Source: Octopus sinensis
Taxonomy: Eukaryota
NCBI RefSeq assembly: GCF_006345805.1
Contig: NC_042997.1
Span: 29,636,001 to 29,700,000, forward strand
DNA length: 64,000 bases
Reading direction: 5' to 3'
The notes under the pieces are model-generated. The model made no database searches. It was not told the origin of the DNA and worked only from the letters and a program-made list of their open reading frames with translations. The translations under genes and the position numbers were made by a program. This document shows, one piece after another, positions 50,299 through 64,000 of this stretch (position 1 is the stretch's first letter; each line of letters opens with the position of its first letter).

Positions 50299-52068
50299 TT
50301 ACAAGAAATGCATTGAAAATTGTGTTTTCCTATTAGGAGTTCTTACAGCTGAACGCACCAATGACCATATATACTCCTCCATCTTTGCAGTGTCCTATCT
50401 TACATGGTATCTTTTATCCATTGTAGCAATATCCTGATGGAATCTCCTGCCATGTTCCTAAATCACGACAAAAGTTTAAATGCGAATGTAAAATGTGCAT
50501 CTTTAATGAAATTCTAGTCTCGATTCTCATAACTCAATAAGTTTTGCTACCAGTTGTTTGTAGTTTGGATATTTGTTATTATCAAGGAACCCAATGTCAA
50601 TATCTCGAAATGCACACCATGCCTCTCTTTATAGATCACTCATCACATTTTCAAGTTATACTGACGTCAGCATTTTCTTTACTTGTAGTTCAATAAATAT
50701 ACCACCCTTAAATTTTGTCTCAGATAGCTTTGGAAAGAGTAGATGGATCTCTTCGAATGCTCCTCCTCCACGACCTAAAGCCTTTACAAAATAGTTGACT
50801 AAACCCAGCTTTATGTGGGGTTGGGGTAACAATATTTTTGCACGTTCTACTAGAAGTTGTCTTATAACATTTAGCTATCCTGGCTGGAGGCCATCTCGTT
50901 GGTGCTACTCAGCCTTTTGGTAATGTTCATGACCAACCTTACTATTTCATAGGCAAATAAAACACGAATACTTAGTGTACCTACCCTGTAATCCAAGTAA
51001 GAACGCAAGAATTTTAAAGTCATAACAAATATTCCATTTAAACGTATAGCTTACTTTCTCAAGAAGCTCTTTTGCATTGTCATATTCTTCCTTCATCTGT
51101 ACCAATTATGCAATAGGCAGGGATGTGAACTAATTTCCGTTGTGCAATAAAGCGGCTTTGAGGCATTTTGTTGAGCTGTTTATGAAAAATCGCCATTCTT
51201 TAGTGTCGTGATCAATTCCAATAGCTGCACACAAGCCATTTATATCTTTGCAGTAGCAGAGATCCTTACGTATGTCAAGGTATACTTCGAGTTCCTCATG
51301 GCGTTCACTGTATACTGCTAATGTGCAGTCTTTCCTCAAGTGATATCATTCGTTCAGTCTCGATGATAAATCCCCAGCTCCTGCCTAAGTAAGACGCAAG
51401 TCCCTAATCAGATCATACAGATCACGTTGATTTGAAACGTGTGGGCAGGCACTCATTCCTGGCTCAAATATTTCATCCCTTTCTTTGTCGCCGCCACATT
51501 CAGACTCTCCGGCTGACACCTGCATCATATCCTCCTCCTGAAAAGTTTAAAAGGCTGCACGTAATAGAATTTCAATTTTTATTCTGTTACCATTAATGAA
51601 ATCAAAATTTCTTATTAACACGTTGATAGGATGTACACACATTTTTTTTGGCGGCCATGGAACCGATAAGATAACATCATGTGACACAGGTGCAATGGAG
51701 GATTGAATGCCAGTTTACCGAAGGGCTTTTCATCCCTTAACTCTTCTACACATTGATACATCAACCATGAAAAAATAGCAATCATCGTGATGATTTTTTG
51801 ACTCTCACCAAACTCTCGGTGCAGTGAAAGGCATTGCGTTTTTTGCACCTATAAGCCATCCATCTAAATTTGATCTTCAAGTTCCACATATCACATGAGG
51901 GACCCATGGTATTCCTTGGTCACCCATATTCATTCTAAAATACAGTCTATAAGCAATCAAGTACTTAACAACTTTCCTAATTTTATATGTTACATGTTTT
52001 CTTCCAACATAGTATCCACACACATAACAGAATATATCTGGTGAATATTTACATCTTTTTGTAGCCAT
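50299..52068 (-). pseudogene. Decayed DNA transposase, CMC/Chapaev3-like
   Basis: MATKRCKYSPDIFCYVCG, GDQGIPWVPHVIC, HHDDCYFFMV, DLIRDLRL, EWRFFINSSTKCLKAALLHNGN, LGLQGRYTKYSCFICL, PHIKLGLVNYFVKAL, SLKMHILHSHL, RFHQDI. Family label is from recall of the motif set. Confidence 0.85.
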
Positions 52069-54443
52069 GATGAGGAAAGTACAATGTTTGCAATAAAAAC
52101 CTGAAAAAGAAGGATATGTAACTGACAAATGTACAGTGCTCGTGATCAAAAAATGATCAAACAAGTATAGCCCCGAAACCAAATGAAACGCCGGACAAAA
52201 GACGAAGGGTAGAGGGACAAGGGCACAACACTTTCTTACACTAGCTATGGTAGTCATGAAAGCACTGAAACGTGCCTGTTGAGTCTGTTGTGTGTATCAG
52301 AAGGCGGTGATGACATAGCCTTTTCACTTAAACCTTTCAATACTTTTATACAGATAATAGAGGTAAAATATAAACTTCAAGAACGAATCATTTATTAGTA
52401 GAGTAGAAAAATATGTTTTACAGTAATAGATATGTCACGCAACGACATGTGATCAAGTGATGTTTCAGCTTTTGTTTACTCAGGCAGTTGCCAAATGTAT
52501 TATGATATGTGTATCATGCAACTATGGTAGTCGTTAAATAATATTCTTAAGGTCGCAATCTATTCACACGCAACATCTTCAGAGCTTTGTCGCTAATTCA
52601 GTTCTTAAACAAATGCAACATTGTTACCATGTTTGATGAGCACTGCATTTTGGCATAAAAATTTGAGATTTGGTCCCGTAGAAAATAATTTACATCAAAG
52701 TTTGTAGCAATGTTACAGGAGAGTAAGTAACGCCACCAATCAAGTTTAGATCTAAATAAATTTTATAATTTATAAGCAAAATATATTTATCTTAGCGTCA
52801 GTAATAGAAGACAGCATGAGGAATTTCATAGTTTTGATCCCATGCAACAAAAATTTATATCAAAAAAGTTGCCAGGTAAAATATCACGAAAAAATATACC
52901 TACGGTAAAAAATTGGATTTACGTATAATTAGCTTTTTTTATTTAAAAAAAAAACTATATTTTAATTAACTTCAAATCAAAGAGCCGAATTCGAAAAGTT
53001 TCATAGTTATCAATCTCTTGCAATAAACTTGTAAAAGAAAAGGTTATGAGTATTTGTTTCTACCATTTCTATGAATATAGTTCTAGAAGGGGACTTTGAG
53101 TATATATCACCGGCATCGGTGAGGTAAGGAAAAGATTATCAACGATACCACTAATTTGCAGTTAGTTTAACTAATCTTATTTTTTTATTTTTTAGCATAA
53201 AACTTTTTATTTTACTTCAATAATAATAATGATAATAATTCAATCACGAAAATGGAAGAAAAAATATTATTTAGAAATTTGTTAAACTTATAATTCAACT
53301 TTCAATAAGGTAAGATCTTAAATTATTAATGAGCATAATAGCATAGCCTGACAAAAACATGGATTACATGGGAAAATGCGAGGAAGAGAAATATATTCTT
53401 AAGATTATAAACCTGGAAAAAGTACAGGACAGGTTATTACACTTGGAAAATTTCAGGACAACTTATTACATCTCGTAAATTACAGAACAAAAATATTTTT
53501 CCTTAAGATATTGCAGCTAAAGATGAAATTTGAATATTAAATCTAATTTGATTTTAATTTACAAAATAACATTATAATTAAAAAAGGCACCATCATTTGG
53601 TTAAAATATTGACTCACTACAATATTTAAAAAATTGGAGCCAGAAGTACCATTATAGCTAACGTTTATGCAAGGTAGAATAGTATATATGGTAGACAAAT
53701 TCATTATGTAAGAGATGGGCATTGAGTCAAGACTAAAAATGTGAAGACATGTGAATAACTTAGGCAATAACTCAAGCAGATTTTACGGTGAATATGTTGC
53801 TGTAATATATAACTAATTTTTGTATTCTTCTATTTATATTACTAACTAATTATGTACTAGGTTATTTTCTATAACCTATTTTCGAATTTCTAATTGTTAA
53901 TTGATAATTGAAATTACCATTTAACATTTTTAGTTATTTTTAATTTTTAATAGACGTAACAAGTAAGAATAAATAGAAGTAATAACTTGTAAAAAATATT
54001 TAAATTGGATAAGGGCTAATATTTTCTAAATCTAACTATTTCATTTGAAATTGTGTCCTTAGCTCCAATATTTTAAGTAAAAGTTTCCTTGTTCTGTTGT
54101 TCACCAGATGTAATAATTTGTCCTGAACTTTTCCAAGTGTAATAACGTCTCCTGAACATTTTCTGGTTTATAATCTTAAGAACATTATTTTTCTTGCTTG
54201 CATTTTTCCATATATGATGATATGTAATGTTTGATTATATGTATGATGCATGACGTATGTATGATATATGATGATACGTGATGTCTGATCATATGTTTAT
54301 ATAGGCATAATTCAATATATCTTGCAAGCGATCGATGGTAGAGAAAAAATAAACACGTTTATGGAATCAGCAGAAAACTCTACATTAAAATCACTTAAAA
54401 CAATGAGACAGCCAAAGCTTTTGTGGTAATTTGTAACCCAGTG
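52069..54443 (-). mobile_element. 5' non-coding region of the Chapaev3-like element with candidate terminus CACTGGGTTACAAATT at 54443
   Basis: + strand ...aatttgtaacccagtg (54428-54443), CAC-type terminus. Includes inverted arms ~53333-53530/54040-54215. The matching other terminus was not found. Confidence 0.6.
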
Positions 54444-57400
54444 TTGTTTTTGGTTGAAGTCAATATTTGATAGGTTTTGAAACCGTTCAGACGTAGATTA
54501 TTTTACTGTTGTAACGGAATATTTAGAAACTGTATTGGGGTTGTAAGTAGCTCTTCGTATAAGGATTCATAGCACTGTAAATAAATGTCCTAAAACACAC
54601 TCATATAAAAATACCATAAGCTGTTCAACAATCATTTATATAATCATTCAAGTTACATGGAAAACATGCCATTCCCTAAACAGAAGAAAACAGCAAAAAT
54701 AAATGAATGCCCTCAGTCAAATGCCCATGTAACAGTCACCCAACAATTATACAAAGTTTGCTTTAATGGTTGTTAACTCACTATGTCACTAGTCCCTTGA
54801 AACAAGCTACTTTCGTTGAATGGAGACTGGGGAACGTTATATAGGTTTTATCTACTTTCAAGACCTGATATAATTACGAAATAGACACATTTAAGCCGAA
54901 GTATGAACTTAATTGCAAGTTGTCAAAATGCAAATGAACACGTAATATGGAATGAAACAAAGCAATATTTCGCTGCGCGTAGTCGGAACGCAATTAATAT
55001 CCGTTTATTTTAATATGTATGCTTCCTTTGTATCGTAGCTTGTATTAAATCTTAAGTCTTGATGTAAATGTATATAATAATAAAAGTAAATATTGAAAAA
55101 CTTTGGTAATCTTCGAACACAGCTATAGTATTGAGCTATTTACGAAATATTTATTATTAAAATATGTAGCATCTTGCCTTTAATTTTAAATAACTAAAAT
55201 GTGGAGAACTTGCTGCACAGTTTGCATTCACATGTTTCCTATCTTAATTTAATATTTTTACTCTCTTTAAACAATCTGTCTGTACCAGTTTATCATAACA
55301 GTGTACAATTATGAGAAAATGTCGATATATTTTGTTTGGCACCATTGATGACCCTAACATAAACTCGTATGTATTTTATACATACATATGCATGGGAGAT
55401 ATACCAATCTATGTACAGTTAAAATGTCCTTGTTTTTTCACATTTAAATTTTATGGCTTGATTTGTTTTCATATATTTTGCATTACATTCAGTTTTGAAT
55501 TCAAGTTGATATAATATATTCAAATATACCGCATATTGAGAACAAAATTTGCACACGAAATACTATGAATGGGTACGTGTGTATTTGTGTCTGTATGCAC
55601 ATATGTTTATATATATATATCTATGTATGTCCATATCTGTATGAAACTATTATACCTTTCATTATCCTATTGATTTGTGCTCTGTGTTAGGTGCTGCGTA
55701 TGTGTGTTTATATGTAAGTAATATGATTAAAATATATGCTTAACCTTCCAAAACATATGCTATGTTATATATCTTCTCTTTTCTTAGAGAGAAAAAGAGC
55801 TTTCGACTAAACTATATTTATACATCATTGTGTAGACTCTAACATTATCTATAGCCATCATCATTTGTGAGTATATTAAATTTTTGCTGTTCAATCGATT
55901 TTATGATTTAGTAGGTCGTGTTTATGATTGCACGATATATATATATATATATATATACTAACCAAAGCATCGGTTGAGAGTTGTAAATGACAGTTATTTA
56001 AATGATGTTAAATAAAGAGGGATCGTATGCACTATTCTTTGACAAAATATAACTATCGTTGAGCGGGTCAGAAATCAAATAACCATTTACCAGTCCTCAC
56101 CGAAGGAATATTTGTACCCAATATTATTTGTTATATTACTAACTAGGGTACATCAAATTATCTACACTTACTTTGGAATTCATTCGTTTTATAAATTATT
56201 GGTGCATGATGTTGGGATACCACATTTGTATCTTTGAAACAACTCCATCTGATTCCAAGATACACTTTCTGCAAAGCTCCTCATCAAGTAAGTAAAGAAT
56301 GCAACATATACTTAGTTGTTCCCGGTTAAGATTACACAATATATGCACTAATGGCATATACTGTAGTGTCTAAGAAGGCAATCTGGATAAAAACAATTTT
56401 GTCACTAGTATAAAATTAGCAGATTAGACATTTAGCTCTCAAACTGTTCGGGTAACTCTCATCAACCATGGAAAATTAGAAACAGCATCAATCCAGATTA
56501 GCTTAGAACTCACGCTGCAGTGAAGTGGAAACTATATAATGCAGAGCATTTATTTCAAAGCTGCACCATCGGAGCGAACAGAACATTAAGCACATTTTTT
56601 AGCAACATTCCTGAGAATTTACAGTTAATGCCATCTTAGTTCATAAAATATAAACCCAGTGATAAATTGTCATGCATAAAATTGATGGTAAACAGTGTTA
56701 TAACATTTCATTTCATTGAGGCGATTTATCGCTTAAAAACATCATGCTATAAAGTTTTTATGGAATTGGTGTTAATGGTTTCACTAATTTCTAAGAGGAT
56801 GCCAGTGGAGATCTCACCAATTTCTATGAGGAAACATACAGAGTTTACCAGTGTACTATTGTCCGCACTTTGAAGAAACCACTTCAATGCTCTCACAGAA
56901 TATCCGATATAAATGATTGTTACTTGAAAAACAATATATTCAGTTATTTAGTTTCACCAGCTGCGATTTTCCATTAGCCAAAACAGAAAGCGTTTACGAG
57001 AACCTGGGAATATGCAACATATAAAGCAACACATCCTTGTCTCAAATTCACATCTATAATCAGCAATGAAAACGGCGTATATATATTCTTTTTGCTGTAT
57101 ATTCTTTTGTCCTATAGATCAATAATTCGCATCAAATGCGGTACTTCTGTCAGCATTTCGCTTTTTCTGTAATTGTAAATCTTTGGCAGAGCTTCTTCGT
57201 TTCCTTTACTTTGAAACCATTCGGTATTTTACACACATTTTGATCTCTTCTTTCTAACACTGTATATTCCTTCTCGTAATTCACTTACACTCTGTCCAGC
57301 TTTCTATCTATTTACCTACTCTCTATCGTATAAGCATATTTATCTGTCCATTTATCTATCTATATCTATCTATCTGTTTATGCATCTATTTACATATGTA

Positions 57401-57781
57401 TGTTTGTATGTATACATACATGTATATATACGCATGTATATGTGTCTGCTTGTGTGTGTTTTTCTGCGCATGGAAGAATATGCAAAAGTGTATATATGAA
57501 TGAGTTGGTTAATGGCTAACTTAGGTGTATGACAGTTTAAACAATTCATATGTCCTTGTTTAAATATAATTCGATTTTGCATGCCAATGCTGCGATATAT
57601 AGCTCTATTTCGTTACAGATTTTAATTGATAATCACATCATGTAATTATTGTCTGTAGAAATCAATAATGTATTGATACTTCTAATAATAATAATAATAA
57701 TCATTATTATTATTATTATTATTATTGTTATTATTATTATTATCATTATTATTATTATTACTATTATTATTATTATCATTT

Positions 57782-57990
57782 CTACTGAAGGTACAAGGCC
57801 TGCAATTTTGGGTGAGGGACCATTCGATTATGTCGACCGCGGTACGTAACCTGTAATTATTTCATCGACCCAGAAAGAATGAAAGACAAAGTTGACCTCG
57901 GTAGAATTTCAACTGAGAACGTAAAAATAGACGAAATCCTGCTAAGCATCTTGCCCGTTATGCTACACATTTCGCCATCTCGCCGCCTTA
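57782..57990 (-). mobile_element. Third-family SINE
   Basis: atcgacccagaaagaatgaaagacaaagttgacctcgg...gctaagcatc...tcgccgccttaa. Confidence 0.85.
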
Positions 57991-58073
57991 AGAATAATGA
58001 TAATAATAAAAATAAGAAGAAAAAGAAGAAGAAAAAGAAGAAGAAGAAGAACAACAACAACAACAACAACAAC

Positions 58074-58105
<32 letters not shown>

Positions 58106-58116
58106 TAATAATAATA

Positions 58117-58151
<35 letters not shown>

Positions 58152-58639
58152 GTCGTTACACATTAGTTGTAGATATTACATGTTTTTCTTTTTAAAGCTG
58201 ATCGTTTGCTTGTTCGAAAGTTTCCTAACTTATTCTTTCTCGATGGAGATTTAAAATATTCACAGGAAATTTCAGATATTCCAGTCTTTGGTAATAGTAG
58301 AAGAGATGTTCACCTTGTTGGACTTTTGAATTTCTGAACTTCTTCCTTCCCCTCTGAAATTCTTCCCTTCTTTTCATGCTGTGGTTCTTGTAGTTGTGCA
58401 GCTTGTATATATTGGCAGATGCGCACTTCTTTAATTCTTTATCGTTCATTCAATTGTGTTGCCACAATAAAAGACACATTTACACATTCTGTTAGGGAAG
58501 AAGGTAAGACAAAACGTTCGCACTGGAGATATTAAAGTTTCTAATTTTTTTTTTTTTTGAGGTCTAAAGATTAAGACGGAACACGCTAGAAATATCAAGC
58601 AAAAAGATAATTCAAAGATTTTATAAACCACACACCTCA

Positions 58640-59422
58640 GAACGTATAACAAAATAATCAAATTTTATCGACAAAACAAGGTATTCAAGACGGTCCTGAC
58701 AGTAAATGCAGATTCTGCGATAAATTTGATGAAACAATTGAGCATCATGTCTCAGGATGTTCTGTGTGACACCACACGAATGCAAAAATCGTCACAATAA
58801 GGTAGGGCAGGATTTACATTGGAAAATATGTAAACACTACAAAATCAGCACTCCTGCTTATCGGTATGAACATCATCCGGAGCCAGTCGTTGAAGGTGAA
58901 AGCTTCACTATCCACTGGGATTTTCTAGTCAACACCGACAAAACGATCCAGCCAAATCGACCAGACTTAGTCAATAAAGACAGAGAACAAAATACTTGTA
59001 GATTAATAGATGGAAGTGACCCCAATGATGAAAATATATCTCTAAATGAATTTGACAAAATAAGCAAATAAAACGACCTGGAAATTGAAATACAAAAGAT
59101 GTGACCCCTTAAAGCGAAAACTGCTCTTGTTATTGTGGGTGCACTAGGTATGATGGGAAAGGAATGTCAGAAACATCTAGATAATATCTGAGGCGAACCA
59201 TGTCCCAGAGAAATCAAAAAGATTGTGCTGACAAGTACTGAAAACATCCTATCATTTTAAATGTATGTACTGTATTACATGAAGTATTTTGCTACTGCCC
59301 CTGTTTCTTTCCCTCCGCAAGCTTTCAGTCATACCGTGACATCTCTCAATCCTTCATTCGCCCTAGGACGTTGGGTGTGTCTAGCGAGTGATTGTAACAA
59401 ACATGCAGATTAGAAGTAAAGG
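58640..59422 (+). mobile_element. R4/Dong-like LINE 3' part (CCHC + RLE + 3' UTR + (AAT/AAC)n)
   Basis: KCRFCDKFDETIEHHVSGC...RHNKVGQDLHWKICKHY...WDF..NTDKTIQPNRPDLV...DLEIEIQKM...VIVGALG. Confidence 0.92.
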
Positions 59423-59463
59423 ATAATAATAACAACAACAACAACAACAACAACAAAAACAGC

Positions 59464-59499
<36 letters not shown>

Positions 59500-59503
<4 letters not shown>

Positions 59504-59659
59504 TTATTGTAGCTAATTCTAGGCAACAAGCAGAACCTGAGCATGGCATGGATAAACTGAACAGGAAAGCGTTTGATAATGTGCCACGTAAATGGCTACT
59601 CGAGGCTCTTGAGATATACAAGATCCCTCTTGTAGTCTCCAAATTCTTACAAGATGATG

Positions 59660-59722
<63 letters not shown>

Positions 59723-59878
59723 TTATTGTAGCTAATTCTAGGCAACAAGCAGAACCTGAGCATGGCATGGATAAACTGAACAGGAAAGCGTTTGATAATG
59801 TGCCACGTAAATGGCTACTCGAGGCTCTTGAGATATACAAGATCCCTCTTGTAGTCTCCAAATTCTTACAAGATGATG

Positions 59879-59880
<2 letters not shown>
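59500..59880 (+). repeat. Exact tandem duplication (period 219 bp) of a 162-bp Dong-like RT fragment plus (AAT)n
   Basis: aaatttattgtagc...caagatgatgat at 59500-59661 and 59719-59880. Encodes NLSMAW...KAFDNVPRKWLLEALEIYKI. Confidence 0.95.
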
Positions 59881-59911
<31 letters not shown>

Positions 59912-59917
<6 letters not shown>

Positions 59918-60130
59918 TCTACAACAAGCACAAGGCCTGAAATTTGTGAGGGGAGTGGACCAGTCGATGTAATCGACTCCAGTCATTTACTGGTACATAT
60001 TTTATCGACCCTGAAATAATGAAAGGCAAAGTCGACTTTGGCGAAATTTGAACTCAGAACATAAAGACGGTCGAAATGCCGCTAAGCATTTTCCCCGGCG
60101 TGCTAATGATTCTGCGAGCTCACGGTCTAA
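59912..60130 (-). mobile_element. Third-family SINE
   Basis: gtcgatgtaatcgactccag...atgaaaggcaaagtcgactttggcgaaatttgaactcagaac...gctaagcatttt. Confidence 0.88.
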
Positions 60131-60136
60131 ATATTA

Positions 60137-60175
<39 letters not shown>

Positions 60176-61239
60176 GTGATGGTGGTGGTGTTTTTGGCAT
60201 TTGTTGTGATCGTGATGGTGGTGTTGGTGGTGGTGGGGTCAATAATGTTATGAAATACTTAGTATGGCCTATAGCGTCAGCAAATTGAAGTGGGTGCGCC
60301 AAAATAACAAACTGTACTCTTGTGTTTATGAAGACATAGAACGCACTCTGCTGGCGTTCGTATGACATCTTTAATGCATGTTGCAAATCAGGCCTTCTTC
60401 TGATACGATACATGCCTTGTTTGTCATGCGGTGCTGCTAATATCCATATGCTTTAATATTTTTATCACCGCTACATAATTAAGGAAACCGAGCATGTAGC
60501 GAAATGGCTATTGGTTTTGTATTGTGCCTTTTGCTCTCTACTTTATAATATCCGTATACACTCTCACTCTCAACAACTGAATTCATGTTTCGAAAAACAT
60601 AATGCATGTACTTTTCTTTCTCTATATAGAAGACAATACACATGAAATGAAATTTTTGTAGTGCCGTGTTAAAAGCCAGATATCTAGTTGGATAGAGGGA
60701 TGGAAAACTAAACATTGGGAAACATACAGCACTTGAATCAGTATATCAATACTAGTGTTTTTCATTCGGATTTAATAAAGTGTTTGTCTTAATAAAGGGT
60801 AAGAGAAGAGCAGAATTAGTTTTCGAAAAAAATTTATCGTATCTGAATGTTATTAGTTACCTCCATGATCACTTTCATACGGAACTATTTATTCATCAGT
60901 GTTTATCTAGCATAAATGTAATTAAGTTAGACTCCCTGTTCCGATGCGCTGGCTTTTAAGATATGCATGAAGAACATTTTGTTGGGAAAACAAAATTCAC
61001 AAAAAAATTATTTTATTTCAGCCATATAATTAACATAAGATTCAATAAATCTATTTCCTCAGTTCAAGTTCACTTATCCAATAGGCGGTGCCAATTTCAA
61101 CCAAATCAGTTATCCTGAAGTCGTTCGCTCGAGAAAATAATACATAAAATTTCATTCTGCTGTTCATGTAAGAAGCCGATTTACTTTATTATCTATGTTT
61201 TGTTATTGTGTGTTCTTTTCTAATTTTCATTTTCACTTC

Positions 61240-61600
61240 CTGTATGAGAAATTGGCCATAGGCACAAGAGCACAAGGAAGACCTCATATAAAGTCACTCG
61301 ATCTCCTGAAATGGGAGAAGTTCGCAAATCATTGCCCACGCTGGAAACAAATACTTCGAAAGATATGAAGCGAGGGGAAGAAAAATAAGAATTCTCCGTC
61401 AAAGAAAAGCGCACTCGTTTGACGAAATGACCAGTAGTGCCTGCAGAGAGATCCTTCAAATGCAGTCGCCCTCTGCGTGGCTGCCACTTCCGTGTGGGCC
61501 CCTGCGACTACAGCAGATACTGCATTACCATGAGTAGCAGACATAATTTTTCGGGCGCAGATCCATGCCCTCACGAGATTTACGGATATCTGCTACTATA
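61240..61600 (+). mobile_element. RTE-clade LINE 3' end
   Basis: EKLAIGTRAQGRPH...WE.FA....RW, decayed C2H2 FKCSRPLRGCHFRVG, and terminal ggcgcagatccatgccctcacgagatttacggat resembling RTE 3' tails. Confidence 0.65.
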
Positions 61601-63770
61601 TTTTCACTGCAAACAAAATTCTCATCTTTAAGGAAAAGTATGGAGAGTGCTTGCATTTGTTATCATAATTGCCTCCATAAATTAAGAAAAATTGTTAGTC
61701 GAATCCTGTCATTCTGAAAATGTAAAGCGTGTGCGATAGCACAAACAGAGAGAACATGTTTATATATAATTATTTCTCTCCCGCCTGTCGAAAACTCACA
61801 GGTTAATGCTGTGTTTCCCACTTACAAATGTACAGTAACATTTAACCGTCATTATCTGTTGTAAGTACTACTGTCTTTGCGCATCACAGCCCATTCCATG
61901 CAAATGCCATGCAAATTAAAGTAGACTGAAGTGAAAGTACCATTTTCCATGTTTTTCTTTTGTTTAGATTTCATTGTATGATGAGGTAAATATGTCTGGT
62001 TAACCAAAACTCAGTTATAAATTCATTTGCGATCATTACCCATGTCTTGAAACTTTTAATAGAAATCTGTTTCATAATTTCGTCATGTTATTTTAATCGA
62101 AACCGCAACACATGGTCCTTATTTCAGCAAAATCATCTGGAAAAATATTCATAAACCTAGCCCCTGGTTGCTGAAGTATTAATCAACTTCGTGAATGAAT
62201 TATGTACTTTGTTTTTTTTTTATATAGAGAGTGCAATATCCTGTTTAAAATTATACTTTATATATTCTTAATGTTTTTTCAGTTCGTACATAGCAATCTA
62301 ACATAATAGACGCGAGAAAAGAGTGCTTGTCACTTTGCTTTTTCCTTTAAATTATACGAGACATTAAAGTAAGCATCTTCTAATTCAATATATTTTGCTT
62401 GTATATGTATGTAACCATCTACAATTCCTGTTGCAATAATTGATAAAACAATGTATACACGTACACTCTAATGTATATTGGTCTTCTGAAAATTATTCAG
62501 CTTGCCTTGTTTTACTTGTAAAATAATCTAATATATCGGTACTGATTTTGTGCGACATGTCAACTTGCTTTGTCATATTCCCACTTTTTTAGCTACCTTT
62601 GTGAGAATTTGTGCCATTATTTATTTTTCATATATATTAATAGCTCTAGATGAGAAAGGGAAAGTTTTTCACCCTTAAATCACATATATTCGAGGATAAA
62701 TTTTTTATTTCTATTTTTACGCTAACAACTTACTTTCTACATGAAGTTTTTGCTAAGTGATTGACGCAAGTTTAGTTGGAAACTTACTAAATGATTTGAA
62801 AGGATTCAACTGAAAAGGTACACCAAAGTAATTCTTAAAAGAATTTTATTGATTGTCACTGGAAGTGCTTCGCGTGCAAAAAGGTTTTGGATAAACTGTA
62901 ATCTTCGGTGATTTGACTAAAATTAAACCTACAATTAAAAATAGAAATCTTTGAACTTATATAAAACAAACATATTTAGTTAATTTTAGACGTATCCTAA
63001 ACTAAAGTGCATTATAAGTACATTTCTGTTTGTATTTGTTGGTGCTGTCAAAAAATTATTCTTAGCTAAAGATTTATGCTTATAAGTATATAACTATTCC
63101 CACGACAAAACACAAATGCACACACACATATATATATATATATACATCTATATTTATGTATAAATACTGACGTACACATATATACAAACACACACAGATT
63201 CATACACATATGCATATGTGCACAGATATATAGACAGAGAGAGAAAGAGAGAGAGTCACACACGCTTGTGTGGATACACACACGCAAAAACACACATATA
63301 TATGCATATGTGTTACTGTCTTTATGCATGCAAATTCTACTTCAATTATTTGTGTTTACATATATAATCGTTGAAAATAACAATGCATTTTAATTTGTTT
63401 AGTTATAAAGAATGTTGCTGTAGTTTGTTATGAAGTTTCCTTCATACCTCAGAATTCCTGTAGCAATGAAGACTGATTAACCATCAACAGTTTGGGTGCG
63501 AGAAGGGAATATCTAAATTTCATCATATATGTTTCCATAGAGTACAGAGTATCAACAACGGGTGCAGTTCATAAACTCGTATACTGTAGTTCAACAGAAC
63601 TGTGGTTTGGTTTAAATACATGTGTGCATGTTTTTGGGATACAAAAGATTCCTGCCTCTACGCAGCTGAAATTAAGCCTCACCTCAATCAACCTGAAATG
63701 CTTCAAAATGTGTTTCATATCGTTAAGGAGAGGTTTTGAAGTATGCTCACACTCGCATATGCATACATAG

Positions 63771-63821
<51 letters not shown>

Positions 63822-63954
63822 ATATATATTATATATATATATATATGAAAATAGTAATGCAATACGAGAGCACTGCTTGCCAGTAAAGGATAGCCCGTGA
63901 GGGTAAAATTATATTTTCCAGTAAATATCGGTGCTTCGTTGTACCATTTATTTA

Positions 63955-64000
<46 letters not shown>

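Noticed and set aside
56170-56900. Coding-like stretch (YLLDEELCRKCILESDGVVSKIQMWYP on the minus strand)
   Set aside because: Short, stop-bounded and with no recognisable family; needs TBLASTX.
59346-59940. 171-aa and 130-aa ORFs as genes
   Set aside because: Products of the 219-bp duplication plus (AAT)n; the only real signal is a Dong-like RT fragment.

Overview
AT-rich, microsatellite-dense animal DNA. The SINE families and (TA)n/(AAT)n load suggest an octopod cephalopod (inference from recalled repeat sequences, no search run). No host protein-coding gene is supported, and nearly all long ORFs in the track are microsatellite artefacts or decayed transposon pieces. The window is a transposon graveyard: Penelope-like elements (1-2040, 15.3-16.5 kb), a Tx1/L1-clade RT, R4/Dong-like RT-RLE elements nested in (AAT)n (17-22.7 kb, 58.6-59.9 kb), RTE fragments, a Helitron piece, a Chapaev3-like transposase and several tRNA-derived SINE families. 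The most interesting system is a family of ORF1(gag)-only, 'half-LINE' retroelements. One copy (12088-14179) is full length, sits inside a SINE head with a 13-bp TSD and carries a nearly intact RRM-like/CCHC ORF1 with no RT. A diverged paralogue (6243-8025) lies head-to-tail behind a Tx1 RT element. Their 3' tails share a motif with that Tx1 element, including a stem-loop with a compensatory change in the TSD-flanked copy, suggesting trans-mobilisation. Other highlights are a decayed minimal hammerhead ribozyme (19717-19762), a near-perfect 210-bp inverted repeat with a structured spacer (49174-49735), and a 1.6-kb transposon 5' region present twice in inverted orientation about 22 kb apart.
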